DNA from: a virus
Taxonomy: Duplodnaviria; Caudoviricetes
Length of the DNA stretch: 64,000 nucleotides
Strand: one strand, 5' to 3'
IMG/VR virus record: IMGVR_UViG_3300026184_000242
Location: 380-64,379 of that record
The position numbers and the translations under genes are program-made. Below the pieces are notes generated by a model, which did not search any database, was not told the DNA's origin, and saw only the letters and a list, made by a program, of their open reading frames with translations. Below are positions 19,057 through 28,472 of this stretch, one piece after another; position 1 is the first letter of the stretch, and every line of letters begins with the position of its first letter.

Positions 19057-21356
19057 TACGTCCATCCTTTGGCTGAGGGCACCACGATCTGGCGCGGTGC
19101 TCGATGTTTTGGCCCGAAGGTATGCGCCGAGGCCAGTACCTGGAATGCGTCCGCGCCGTGGGAGGCCCAATCATGGCGCGGCTGGTTTTTCCAGGTCCCG
19201 CGCTTGTCGTCCCACTCCTTGCGGTACGCGGCCAGCACCCCCAGCCCCTCCTGGCAATGTTCCTCGTCAAAATAGCAATACCCCAGGAAGTTGCGGGCGG
19301 CCTGGATGGCGTCCTCCTTGCGGTCGGGCCGGTTGGCGATCTCGAAGTGGATGCCAAGCTGCGCCGCTGTCTCCCAGCGGCTTTTCCCCGTCCCCATTTC
19401 CCGGACGGCGATGTCATGCGGCGCGGTATGGGTACCGTAGCGCCAGCCCCGCTCCCGCGCCTTCTGGTGGAGCATGTCGATGTAGTAGGGGATACCCTCT
19501 CCGGAGTCCTCGAAGTAGTCCACCACCCACACCTCGCGCCCCACCGTCTGCGTAAACCAGATCGCGGTGGAGTCCCCCACCCCCAGGTCCCACCACGTAT
19601 CCACGGATACCGCCTTCTCCGGCGTGATCCGCGTCACCCGCCCCTCCTGACGGGCCTCCGAAAGCTGGCGGGCGAAGTACGCGCCGTACAGGGTCGCCTG
19701 GAACGCCTCCTCCGGCGTGGACGGATGCTCCTTGAGCATATCTTTGCCCTGCTGCTTCTCCTTGAGCACGTACCAGGCCTTTTGCCGAGCATCCAGCTCG
19801 ATCCCGTACTCCTTGGCCAGCCGGTCGAAGTAATCCTGCAACCGCTGGCCGATCACCACCCGGTTCGCCTCCTCCGCCGTCAACCGGTACGAAGGCTCCT
19901 TCCACCAGGGGTAGAAGTGGAACTCCATATCCAGCCGGGTCAGCGGCCGGTCCTGCTCCTGACGCTCCTGGGCCGCCATGGCCATGTCATAGAACACGCC
20001 CTCCTGGCCCTCCGCCGTGGACTCCACCCACACCATCCCGGACTGGGGCACCGCCTCCAACGACCCGCTTTTGATCTCCTGGGCCTTGTCCGGATGCTTG
20101 GCCGCCAGCCTCCCATACTCCGATATATGCAGGAGCTGGACCGTCCCCGACCGGGCGGAAGTTGTCACGCGGATCGAAGATCCGTTCTCGAAAACCAGCT
20201 CGGCGGATTGCTCCGTCTCCGTCACCCGCGCCTGCTGGAGCGCCTCCGGCAGGTTGTCATACGGGAACTTCACCTTCTCCCGGAAGATCCGGCCGGCATC
20301 CTCCAGGGTATGGGCGATGATCGCCGCCGACACGTGGTTGTTGAACAAGCACGTATCCAGGATGAACAGGTCGATGAAGGTGGTGTTGTGGGAGACGAAC
20401 CCTTCCGCGATGTACGTGCCCACGTCCGTCTGGAGGTCAATGAGCGTCTGTTCCCCCAGCTCCTCGATGGATTCGATCCGACTCCAGCCTATCCTGCCAT
20501 TGCGCTTCCCGGGCAGCTCGCGGCCCTCCCAGAAACGGTCGCCAAGGAAGCGGCTGGGGCGGGTCTGCCCGACCAGGCGGAACAGCTCGTCCATCCGGCC
20601 CATGGCCAGCTTGGGCACCGGGTTGGCCCCGAACCGGCTGGGGCGGTCGTTGTCGTCCTCGATCCGGTAGTGGTAGCCATGGGCGTCCAGGTAATCGACC
20701 ATCCGATCCCAGACCGCGCCCTCGCGCTGCGCCACCGTCACTCCGGCCGACGTATTGCCGTTGGCGATGGAGCCTTCCCCGTCGAGCATCCCGCCGAACC
20801 AGCCGTCCTCGGCCTCGGGGGCGTCCCACGGGCGGGTGACCCAGCGCACGTAGGTCCCCGGGGTGAGCTTCTTCTTGTTGTCGGATTCGATGGTCCGCCA
20901 GTCCGTGCCGGTCCCGGCCTTCTTGGAAAGCCAGGGGTGCTTGCCGGTGCAGACCACCGACCGGCCATCGTCGAAGGTAATTCGATACGCCTTTCGGTAC
21001 ACCTCGACCACACCCTGGACGGTGGCGGTCCGCATTTTGCGGGCCCGCCCGCGCCCGCCAGGCGGGTATTCGTCCACCGACACGATCTGCTGGCCCGGTT
21101 CCAGGTCGGCGATCTGGACCCATTGCAGCTCGGCCGTCAGGACCCGGGTGCTTGGGTCCAGGCAGAACCCAATCTGCCGCGCCTTCAAGATCAGGTTCCG
21201 GTACCACATGGACCGGTACAGGTCCGCCTGGGCCCAATTCGCCCGGAACGGCACCACGTTCGAGTCCCGGTCCACCACCTTGTATAGCCGGTTAAGCCGC
21301 GCCCACTGATTGCGTAGAAGCTGCCGCGACAGCTCCCGCTCCTTCGCCTCGGCCAT
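19056..21356 (-). CDS. terL: Terminase large subunit (intein-containing)
   Basis: LKARQIGF/TT Walker A, LHISE Walker B, VESTAEG, WDLGVGDSTAIW, HDWASHGADAF nuclease motifs; ATG at 21356 with GGAGG. Confidence 0.93.
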   Translation of the reverse strand: MAEAKERELSRQLLRNQWARLNRLYKVVDRDSNVVPFRANWAQADLYRSMWYRNLILKARQIGFCLDPSTRVLTAELQWVQIADLEPGQQIVSVDEYPPGGRGRARKMRTATVQGVVEVYRKAYRITFDDGRSVVCTGKHPWLSKKAGTGTDWRTIESDNKKKLTPGTYVRWVTRPWDAPEAEDGWFGGMLDGEGSIANGNTSAGVTVAQREGAVWDRMVDYLDAHGYHYRIEDDNDRPSRFGANPVPKLAMGRMDELFRLVGQTRPSRFLGDRFWEGRELPGKRNGRIGWSRIESIEELGEQTLIDLQTDVGTYIAEGFVSHNTTFIDLFILDTCLFNNHVSAAIIAHTLEDAGRIFREKVKFPYDNLPEALQQARVTETEQSAELVFENGSSIRVTTSARSGTVQLLHISEYGRLAAKHPDKAQEIKSGSLEAVPQSGMVWVESTAEGQEGVFYDMAMAAQERQEQDRPLTRLDMEFHFYPWWKEPSYRLTAEEANRVVIGQRLQDYFDRLAKEYGIELDARQKAWYVLKEKQQGKDMLKEHPSTPEEAFQATLYGAYFARQLSEARQEGRVTRITPEKAVSVDTWWDLGVGDSTAIWFTQTVGREVWVVDYFEDSGEGIPYYIDMLHQKARERGWRYGTHTAPHDIAVREMGTGKSRWETAAQLGIHFEIANRPDRKEDAIQAARNFLGYCYFDEEHCQEGLGVLAAYRKEWDDKRGTWKNQPRHDWASHGADAFQVLASAHTFGPKHRAPRQIVVPSAKGWT
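20385..21164 (-). mobile_element. Intein (260 aa) with LAGLIDADG-like motif
   Basis: Starts CLDPSTRV, has block B CTGKHPW, GGMLDGEGS and C-terminal YIAEGFVSHN, followed by +1 Thr. Confidence 0.92.
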
Positions 21357-21404
21357 AACACCTCCACCACCAGGTGGGTCCTCCTGGACCCCCCGGCACG
21401 AGCT

Positions 21405-21658
21405 GGGGCCCCATGAGCTTGTCGTGGGGCCCCATAGAACCTTGCAACCCCCATGGGATACTGCCCCCCGAGGCCATCGCACTAGAGGACTGAATCAATG
21501 GGACTTTTAACTTTGCTACTTCTGTGCAGCGGGGCCCCTATTTTTGGGTCCTACTGGGAGTCCCGGGCTTTATGGGGCCCCTTGGGATTTTGGCGATTGT
21601 TCGGGGGGAGAACCTGACTGGAGCGGTCCACCCCCCCGGCCCCCGGGGGTGGGGCCCC
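21405..21658. repeat. Five GGGGCCCC palindromes upstream of terL
   Basis: Copies at 21405, 21426, 21531, 21574 and 21651. Confidence 0.7.
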
Positions 21659-21781
21659 TCTGAGGGGGTGCCCCCTGGGGGGTCGCCTGCGCGGGCGCGC
21701 GGACGGCCAGGACGCCCACGCGGACGCCGCTACGCAAGGTTTTCCCCTTGAGAATCAAGGAGATACCCCGCGAACCCCAAC

Positions 21782-21809
21782 ATTGCGCGTAACGTCCATT
21801 ATGTTAAAA
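21782..21809 (+). other. dif: dif-like XerC/XerD recombination site
   Basis: ATTGCGCGTAA-CGTCCA-TTATGTTAAAA versus E. coli GGTGCGCATAA-TGTATA-TTATGTTAAAT (8/11 and 10/11 arm matches, 6-bp spacer). Confidence 0.8.
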
Positions 21810-22103
21810 GCAGCCGGGAACGCGCATAACTCCGGGCCTTGTCCCTGGCGCATTGTGCGCCCTGTCACGCCCTTCATCCGCCACGCCAGGGCAGGGACAC
21901 CAGGACCGAGCCAAGCTCCACGCACAGGGCCACCTGGGCCGCGAGAACCCCATCCTCGTACGGGACTTCCCCTAGTCCAGTAGGGACTAGCACCACTACC
22001 ACCCAAGAATCAACCGGATATACGCGCCGTCTCCGACCGTGCGACAAAGTCCCTGACGGTGGCTGCCAAGCGGTACGGCGACCACCAGGGCACCCCAGCC
22101 CCT

Positions 22104-22300
22104 CGCAGCTCCCCGCATGAGCGCGATTGCGAGCGCGATTGCGAGCGATTGCGAGCGATTGCGAGCGTGAGCGAGCGCAGCTCCCCGCGTGAGTGCGTGA
22201 GCGTGAGCGAGTGCGGCTGCCCGCGTAAGCGCATGAGCGCGATTGCGAGCGCGAGCGTGAGCGCGATTGCAAGTGCGCGTGAGCGAGCCTGCGAGCGCAT
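22104..22300. repeat. Degenerate GCGAGCG(CG)ATT / GCGTGAGC tandem repeat tract
   Basis: About 200 bp of 6-12-bp units in a non-coding divergent region. Confidence 0.85.
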
Positions 22301-22577
22301 GGGGGGGGGTGCCGCCCTTCTCGGGTTGCATGACGGCCGGGCCAGTCTTTGGCGGGTGCCTTGGTCGAGACTACACCCCGGGGTTCGGGCTGCTCATTCA
22401 CAACCTGTTACGAGTCGCCCCCTATCCTCGACGAACGGCTAACAGCGGGGGAGGTGGGGGCGAGGCTGCCGCCGGGCTCCACCAGGACGGAGAGGCTGGC
22501 GAGCGCGTTTATCGTCTTGCCCCCTCGCGCAGGGGGCAGGCGCGATAAACACGCCAACCACAGTAGGAGGAAGCGCC

Positions 22578-22841
22578 ATGCCTAGCCCGTACCAATCTGT
22601 TGAGGTTGTCCCTTACCACGTCTGGGTCCACCAGCCTACGGGGAGACAGGCGAGCATCCACGGGGCCGCCCCCTGGACCAGCGAGACCGACAAGAAGAAC
22701 TGGACACGCAAGCGCCGGGGGTGGACGTGGCGATCCTGGATGATGTCGGGGAGGACTTCGGGGTCCTGTACGGGGACCGGGCCGAGCGGGCTATCGAGAA
22801 GGCCACGAGCAGCGCAAAGGGCCCAACTGGTGGGCCCTTGA
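22578..22841 (+). CDS. Hypothetical early protein (possibly chimeric)
   Basis: AGGAGG RBS; first gene of the plus-strand cassette. Confidence 0.45.
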   Translation: MPSPYQSVEVVPYHVWVHQPTGRQASIHGAAPWTSETDKKNWTRKRRGWTWRSWMMSGRTSGSCTGTGPSGLSRRPRAAQRAQLVGP

Positions 22842-22875
22842 CGGTGCCCACCAACAGCAACCACAGGAGTGGGAA

Positions 22876-23652
22876 ATGAGTGAGTACCCCAAAACCGCAA
22901 GGGAAATCTGGCATGCCCTGCGCCGGGCGAGCACAAAGCGGTACGTGATCTATGCACCAACGGGTGAGCCTACCCGAACCGAGTATCGCCGCGTAACGAA
23001 CGGCGCCTACGTGCCGTATATCCGGGTCAAGCGGGGCAAGGCGGGCCTGCGCGATTTCCTGGCTCACCAGCTCCTGGAGCGCAACCGCTGGCTGGACTGG
23101 CCCCGGCCACAATCGCTAGAGGCCCGCCTTAATGCTTATCTGGTGACAAAGGGCCTCCGGATCATCAACCAGCGCGGGCTATCCACCCCGGCGGGCTGGG
23201 GCCCTGCCCGGGTCCAAGTCCGGGACCACCAGCCCGGGCTAACGCTAATCGCGGGGGAGTACGAGTACAAGTACTCTCGCCGGGCGGGCTCCTGGCGGGT
23301 CGGTGGAGCCTACCTGTTCGGCACGGATGATGCCGGGGAGTGGGCAATCCGGGTTCCCCGCGACACAAAAACGATCCGGTCGGCCCTGGCGTGGGCCACC
23401 CCGGCAAAGGTTCTTGAGGCGGAGCGGGAAGGCCGCGACGTCCGACGCCAGGGCGACGTCTTTTTCGTACCGCTCAAGCGGGGCGGGTCCAATTTCCAGG
23501 CCTTGACCGCACAACGGCACGAGGTCCGCCAGCGGCGCGACGGGGGCTATACCGTGGTCCACCCCGAGCACCGGCCCCTCCGCCTGCCTCGCGGAGCGTG
23601 GCGGGCATATATGATGCGCCAGGATGCCGCCCACGGGGGCGGCGGAGACTAA
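22876..23652 (+). CDS. Hypothetical early protein
   Basis: 258 aa, AGGAG RBS; C-terminal RQGDVFFVP...HPEHRPLRLP motif. Confidence 0.65.
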   Translation: MSEYPKTAREIWHALRRASTKRYVIYAPTGEPTRTEYRRVTNGAYVPYIRVKRGKAGLRDFLAHQLLERNRWLDWPRPQSLEARLNAYLVTKGLRIINQRGLSTPAGWGPARVQVRDHQPGLTLIAGEYEYKYSRRAGSWRVGGAYLFGTDDAGEWAIRVPRDTKTIRSALAWATPAKVLEAEREGRDVRRQGDVFFVPLKRGGSNFQALTAQRHEVRQRRDGGYTVVHPEHRPLRLPRGAWRAYMMRQDAAHGGGGD

Positions 23653-23742
23653 CACCAACCGGGTCCGGGTTGCCTACCGCCGCCTGTGGGGCATTACCAA
23701 ATCACCAGCCTAGTTCCCATTTCCGAGCTATAGGAGAACGCC

Positions 23743-23991
23743 GTGAAGGACGCCAACAACCGAAACACCCCCGGCGAGCAGGCTTACCGCGCCGCCTACG
23801 CGCAGGACCTGCATGCGCTATGCACTATGGACCGCCAGGAACTGAACGCCGGGCTCCGTATCGCCAAGCAGCGGCAGCGGGATCCGAGCGCGGCAACGCG
23901 GCGACAGGGGGCCGGAGCTGCCCGCACCTTGGCCCACCTGCTATCCCTGCAATCACGCCAGCCGGTCCAGGACCTGTTAGACCTTGACTAA
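23743..23991 (+). CDS. Hypothetical protein
   Basis: AGGAG RBS, GTG start. Confidence 0.5.
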   Translation: MKDANNRNTPGEQAYRAAYAQDLHALCTMDRQELNAGLRIAKQRQRDPSAATRRQGAGAARTLAHLLSLQSRQPVQDLLDLD

Positions 23992-24075
23992 GGGAGTGCC
24001 ACAGGAAGCCCCCTGCATAGGGGGCTTTGGCTGGGGCAATCCCGCCCCTTTGGACGCCAATCGGAGGACGCACAA

Positions 24076-24303
24076 ATGATCCGTAACCCCATGATTTGGC
24101 ATGGCCGCCGCGCCGCCGCCCGGGAGCTGGCCCGTCTCCGCCAGGAGCTGGAGGAGCTGGCCGTACACTCCGACCCCGTGGCCCGGGAATACTACTGGGA
24201 GGTGGAGGCGGAGTACGTGGAGGCGGAACGGCTGCTCCGCACCATCCAGGAGGGACGGCCCCGTGACCAGTACGAGGCCGCCGAACAAGCAATGGCGCTA
24301 TAG
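24076..24303 (+). CDS. Hypothetical protein
   Basis: GGAGGACGC RBS. Confidence 0.55.
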   Translation: MIRNPMIWHGRRAAARELARLRQELEELAVHSDPVAREYYWEVEAEYVEAERLLRTIQEGRPRDQYEAAEQAMAL

Positions 24304-24312
24304 GAGGCCACC

Positions 24313-24507
24313 ATGCACCGCGAACCCAATGCAGCCGAGCACGTCGGGGCCGTGTTCCTGGTGGCCCTCCTGGCCGCCTGGATTGTGCTCCCTACGGTCT
24401 ATGGGGCTATCTGGATAGCTGCGGACCCGTTCAACCTCCAGGCCTGGGCCTGCGCCCTCGCATGGCCAATCGTATTTGGCCTGGGGGCCCTTTCTACCCA
24501 CGGATAG
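24313..24507 (+). CDS. Small two-TM membrane protein
   Basis: AGGAGG RBS; two hydrophobic segments. Confidence 0.55.
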   Translation: MHREPNAAEHVGAVFLVALLAAWIVLPTVYGAIWIAADPFNLQAWACALAWPIVFGLGALSTHG

Positions 24508-24575
24508 GGGGGGCAGCCGGTAGGGCCTCCGCCTGGAGGCCCTGCATCGGGTGCCACCAACCGAAGGAGGACGCC

Positions 24576-24875
24576 ATGAGCGTTGAATCCCAACGTCTCC
24601 GCCAGGACCCGACCCTTCAATCCATCGGGCGCAAGTTAGGCCAGCACAAAAAGCCGCGCCTGCGGGTACGCCTGCTCCGCGCCGCGTGGAAGGCAGCGGA
24701 ATGGGCATTTATCGCCTTCTGCTACGGCTCCCCGTTCGCCCTGATCTACGTCAACGCCCCCCATATCTCCTGGCTCACGTACTGCTGGGCCGGGGCCTCC
24801 CTGGTGGGGCTAATGCAACAAATGGAGCGGGAACGTCTCGCCCACGTCAACGCCTGGAGGCATCACCATGACTGA
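24576..24875 (+). CDS. Membrane protein
   Basis: GGAGGACGCCATG start; two hydrophobic segments. Confidence 0.5.
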   Translation: MSVESQRLRQDPTLQSIGRKLGQHKKPRLRVRLLRAAWKAAEWAFIAFCYGSPFALIYVNAPHISWLTYCWAGASLVGLMQQMERERLAHVNAWRHHHD

Positions 24876-25362
24876 CCCATCTTGTGCCGACCGTCTCCCC
24901 GAGCATTGGCAATCCACCAGGGACGACTTGGAGACCATCCTGTACCCGGACAAGGCCGACCCCGAGGACCTGGAGGCCCTGGGCCAGGACCCCGAGGACG
25001 CCTCCCTGGCCCGGTACGGCCTGGCCTTCGATTATGTCCCCATGGCCACCTTCTCCGACCAACAGGAGGGTTATTTCCGCTACCAAATCTCTTGGGGCGG
25101 TCCGTCGGACGAAATCCGATTTTACCTGAGCATCGCGGACCGGATGGCCCTACTCCAGGGGAAGCGCAGCTCGATAGAACCCGAAAGCATCGTGTACTGG
25201 TTCATGGATTGGTTCGACGGAGCCAGTAAAGACGTGACCTATGACGAAATCGCCCGCGCCACCTGGCAATGGTTCGCGGACGTGGGGGGCCCCCGCACCG
25301 CCATGCAGGAGGCCGACGTGGGCGAAGGCGAACTCCTGGCCGAAGCCGACGAGGAGGAATAA
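24868..25362 (+). CDS. Acidic early phage protein
   Basis: 164 aa, D/E-rich, YQISWGGPSDEIRF motif. Confidence 0.65.
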   Translation: MTDPSCADRLPEHWQSTRDDLETILYPDKADPEDLEALGQDPEDASLARYGLAFDYVPMATFSDQQEGYFRYQISWGGPSDEIRFYLSIADRMALLQGKRSSIEPESIVYWFMDWFDGASKDVTYDEIARATWQWFADVGGPRTAMQEADVGEGELLAEADEEE

Positions 25363-25460
25363 CCGCCAGGGCGGGCCTATCCGGTCCGCCCCTCTTGTCA
25401 ACCCTGTTACCCCTTGCTAACGTGATAATCACGCCAACCATTCAAGCTCAGGAGCTACCA

Positions 25461-26441
25461 ATGAGCCACGAAATCGCAAGCCGCGCCGACGGACGCGCCG
25501 CCATGGCCTTTACCGGGGATACCCCCTGGCACGGGCTGGGCCACAATCTCACCCCGGGCGCCCCCCTGGAGGACTGGCAGCGGGAGGCGGGCCTGGACTA
25601 TTCCGTCGCCTCCGCCCCTGTCGAGTACCACACCGAGGATGGGGAGCACCGCCGCGCCGCCGGCCAGAAGGTCCTGTATCGTTCCGACAACGCCCAATCC
25701 CTGGCCGTGGTGTCCGACCGGTATCAGGTCCTTCAACCCGGGGACGTGATGGCCTTTTACCGGGACCTGACCGAGGCGCAGGGCTACACGATGGAAACTG
25801 CGGGAGTGCTGAAAGGTGGCCGCCGGGTCTGGGCCCTGGCCCGCGCCCCGCAGGAGGACTTCGCCGTCGGGGGTGATCTCATGCAGGGATATGTCCTGCT
25901 GGCGACCAGCTATGATGGAACCATGGCAACCGTCGCCAGCCACACCACGGTTCGCGTGGTTTGCCACAACACCCTGTCCATGGCCGTCGGGGCCGGGGGC
26001 GAGCGCGGGGATATTAAGATCCCGCACAACACCTCGTTCGACGCCGACGCCGTCAAGGCCCGCCTCGGGCTGCGCCCGGATCTGGTTGCGCGGTTCCAGG
26101 AGAACGCCGAGGCCATGGCCCGGAAGCAGGTTTCCAAGGACGCTGCCGTCCGGTTCTTCCTGAATGTCTACTATCCGGACCAGGAAACCTTGGAGGTCAC
26201 CCGCGCCGTCAATCGCCGCCTGGAGGAGCTGGTGACCCTGTGGAACACCGCGCCCGGCCAGGAGACGGACGCTGCCCGGGGCACCGCCTGGGGCCTGCTC
26301 AACGCGGTCACCTACCACACCGACCACGCAAGGAACACCCGGACCCAGGAGAACCGCCTAGAGGCCGCATGGTTCGGGACCGGGGCAACCACCAAGGCCA
26401 GGGCTGCCTTCGAGGCTCGCAAGCTCGCGGAGGTCGCCTAA
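25461..26441 (+). CDS. DUF932/DUF945 (TIGR03299-like) phage/plasmid protein
   Basis: TPWHGLG, ETAGVLKGGRRVWALA, TSYDG, VRVVCHNTL, GTAWGLLNAVT. Confidence 0.88.
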   Translation: MSHEIASRADGRAAMAFTGDTPWHGLGHNLTPGAPLEDWQREAGLDYSVASAPVEYHTEDGEHRRAAGQKVLYRSDNAQSLAVVSDRYQVLQPGDVMAFYRDLTEAQGYTMETAGVLKGGRRVWALARAPQEDFAVGGDLMQGYVLLATSYDGTMATVASHTTVRVVCHNTLSMAVGAGGERGDIKIPHNTSFDADAVKARLGLRPDLVARFQENAEAMARKQVSKDAAVRFFLNVYYPDQETLEVTRAVNRRLEELVTLWNTAPGQETDAARGTAWGLLNAVTYHTDHARNTRTQENRLEAAWFGTGATTKARAAFEARKLAEVA

Positions 26442-26450
26442 GCCCAACGG

Positions 26451-26476
26451 GCCCGGGGTTCGCCCCGGGCCTTCTT
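26451..26476 (+). terminator. Hairpin / terminator after the DUF932 gene
   Basis: GGCCCGGGG-TTCG-CCCCGGGCC followed by TTCTT. Confidence 0.5.
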
Positions 26477-26583
26477 GTGTCTGGAGGACGCCATGATTCC
26501 CCTAATCCTTTTTGCCCCGCTTGGTATCGGGGCCGTCGGAGGGGCCGTCGCCGCCGCCGTCGAGAACGTTACCGGAGGACGCC

Positions 26584-27003
26584 ATGAGACGCGCAAACAT
26601 CCTGCTGCCCCTGGCCCTGGCCGCCTGCGGGCCTATTCACCCCCGGACGGTACGCCGGGAGGGGGCTTACCTCGCCGTCCAGGCTACGGACTGGAGGCAG
26701 TCCCGGACCATCGCCGCGCACCCGGACCGGTTCCAGGAGGCCAACCGGGTCTTGGGCAACCATCCGAGCCGGGCCGCCGTTGACCGGTATTTCCTGGCCG
26801 CGTCCCTGCTGCATGCCGGGGCCGTTGCCGCGCTGCCGGATACCTACCGGGCCCGCTTTCAGTGGCTCTCCCTGTCCCTGGAGGCGTCCTGCATTGCCAT
26901 GAACGCCCAGGATGGGGCCGGGGGCCCGCGAATCGGGTATAACCACCCGGTGGGCTACTCCGTCGCCCACGTATCCGGACGGTTTCACGGACTCACGCAC
27001 TAG
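26584..27003 (+). CDS. Putative lipoprotein / membrane protein
   Basis: GGAGGACGCCATG start; MRRANILLPLALAA-C lipobox; EANRVLG motif. Confidence 0.5.
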   Translation: MRRANILLPLALAACGPIHPRTVRREGAYLAVQATDWRQSRTIAAHPDRFQEANRVLGNHPSRAAVDRYFLAASLLHAGAVAALPDTYRARFQWLSLSLEASCIAMNAQDGAGGPRIGYNHPVGYSVAHVSGRFHGLTH

Positions 27004-27017
27004 TAGGAGGTTGCGCA

Positions 27018-27215
27018 ATGCCCAACACCACCCAGGAGAAGCCCACCATCCCCGGCCCCGACACCGTGGAGACGCCGTTCCAGGTATTGATTACCGCCTC
27101 CCGCGCCCTGCTCAACCGGGGCGAATCCGTGCGGGCTGCGGAAATGCAGGATCGGGTATACGAGGATCCGGAACGGGCCCTGGAGATCATGCAGGAGTAC
27201 GTACGCTTCCGATGA
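27018..27215 (+). CDS. Hypothetical protein
   Basis: AGGAGG RBS, 65 aa. Confidence 0.55.
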   Translation: MPNTTQEKPTIPGPDTVETPFQVLITASRALLNRGESVRAAEMQDRVYEDPERALEIMQEYVRFR

Positions 27216-27433
27216 ACTACGAGGTCACCTATTTCCAGCTAGGCGGGCCGAGCGACTACCCGGAACCGTGCCATTCCTACGAGGAGGCGGATCTGGTGGC
27301 TCGCAAGGCCCGCGATTCCTACCTGTACGCCCACCCGGGCAAAGGACTCCGAGGACGCCACCACAAAGACAAATACCAAGCGGTACGCCCGGATGGCACC
27401 GTGGAGTTCCAAGCCTGGGTATCCCTTTTTTAG
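27212..27433 (+). CDS. Hypothetical protein
   Basis: ATGA overlap (MNYEVTYF...). Confidence 0.5.
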   Translation: MNYEVTYFQLGGPSDYPEPCHSYEEADLVARKARDSYLYAHPGKGLRGRHHKDKYQAVRPDGTVEFQAWVSLF

Positions 27434-27442
27434 GAGGCAGCA

Positions 27443-27895
27443 ATGACCCAAGTTATCGGCTCGATCAGCACCGGCACCCAACGCCCCCAGGACCTGATCC
27501 CAACCTTCCTGGAGGAGCTGGGGGAGCGGGACACCGAACGCTATCAATCCGAGCTGGAGTATATCGGCGCGAGCAGCCCGGTGGACCTGCCCGAAGATTC
27601 CAACCCCTGGTGGAGCGGGGATAAGCCTCCGGAGGTCCTGGAGCGCCTCCAGGAAGCCTTAAACAACACCGCCCCGCCGTATTGCTACTTCGGCCCCCAC
27701 GAGGGAGACAACTCGGACTACGGATTCTGGCCAGACCTGGAGCAGGCTGCCGAGGAGCTGCCTACCTTCACCGACCCCGGGCTCCTGGATGAAGCCGATT
27801 CCAACGCCGCCGTAGTGGTCAATGACCACGGCAACATGACCCTCTATTCCCGGGATCCGTCCGGGGAATGGCAGGAGGTATGGGCCATCGTCTGA
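27443..27895 (+). CDS. Acidic early phage protein
   Basis: SISTGTQRPQDLIPTF...PPYCYFGPHEGDNSDYGFW...NDHGN. Confidence 0.65.
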   Translation: MTQVIGSISTGTQRPQDLIPTFLEELGERDTERYQSELEYIGASSPVDLPEDSNPWWSGDKPPEVLERLQEALNNTAPPYCYFGPHEGDNSDYGFWPDLEQAAEELPTFTDPGLLDEADSNAAVVVNDHGNMTLYSRDPSGEWQEVWAIV

Positions 27896-27980
27896 CGCCT
27901 TGAGCGGGCTTGTGCGGGGATTTTTGGTTGACCCCTAGCTTCCCCCTACGGGCCCACCTGAAAACGCTTTGGAGGACGCC

Positions 27981-28472
27981 ATGGAAAGCCAAAACAAAAA
28001 CGGACGAGTTAAGTTCGTGGACCTTGCCGAGGAGCTGGGCCTGGAGTTTGACACGGAGCGCGTCGATCCCCCGGAGGCGCAGGGCCTGCCCGAAGGGGTG
28101 ACCCCCGTCCTGGCCCATATCACCCGGCAGGGCTGCTCCGGAACCCTGTCCCTGGTGATCGGGTCACCCTCCGAGGAGACGGTACCGCCGGAGGCTATCC
28201 TTGCGGGCCTGGGGATGCAGCTCCTGATGTACCACCAGATGCAGGACTGGGCCGATTTTGTCTCCCGCTTCTGGGAGCCTTCCAGCGGGGCGGATGGGCT
28301 GCGCGAGGGGTCCAAGGCCTTCGACACGCTCGCCCAACAGGACCGCCTGGCCCGGCTCCTGCTGGGCAATTACGGGGTCCGTAAGCTCCTGGCCCTGGCC
28401 AATTCCGACGTTCACTCCGAGGTCAAGAAGGAGGGAACGGAGGTGCCTGCGACGAACCGGTCCCTGCATTGA
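27981..28472 (+). CDS. Hypothetical protein
   Basis: GGAGGACGCCATG start. Confidence 0.55.
   Translation: MESQNKNGRVKFVDLAEELGLEFDTERVDPPEAQGLPEGVTPVLAHITRQGCSGTLSLVIGSPSEETVPPEAILAGLGMQLLMYHQMQDWADFVSRFWEPSSGADGLREGSKAFDTLAQQDRLARLLLGNYGVRKLLALANSDVHSEVKKEGTEVPATNRSLH

Noticed and set aside
21874-22442. Low-complexity ORFs (RSRS, AIALA, ERDC) over the repeat tract
   Set aside because: They are translations of the DNA repeat in several frames, without RBS support.
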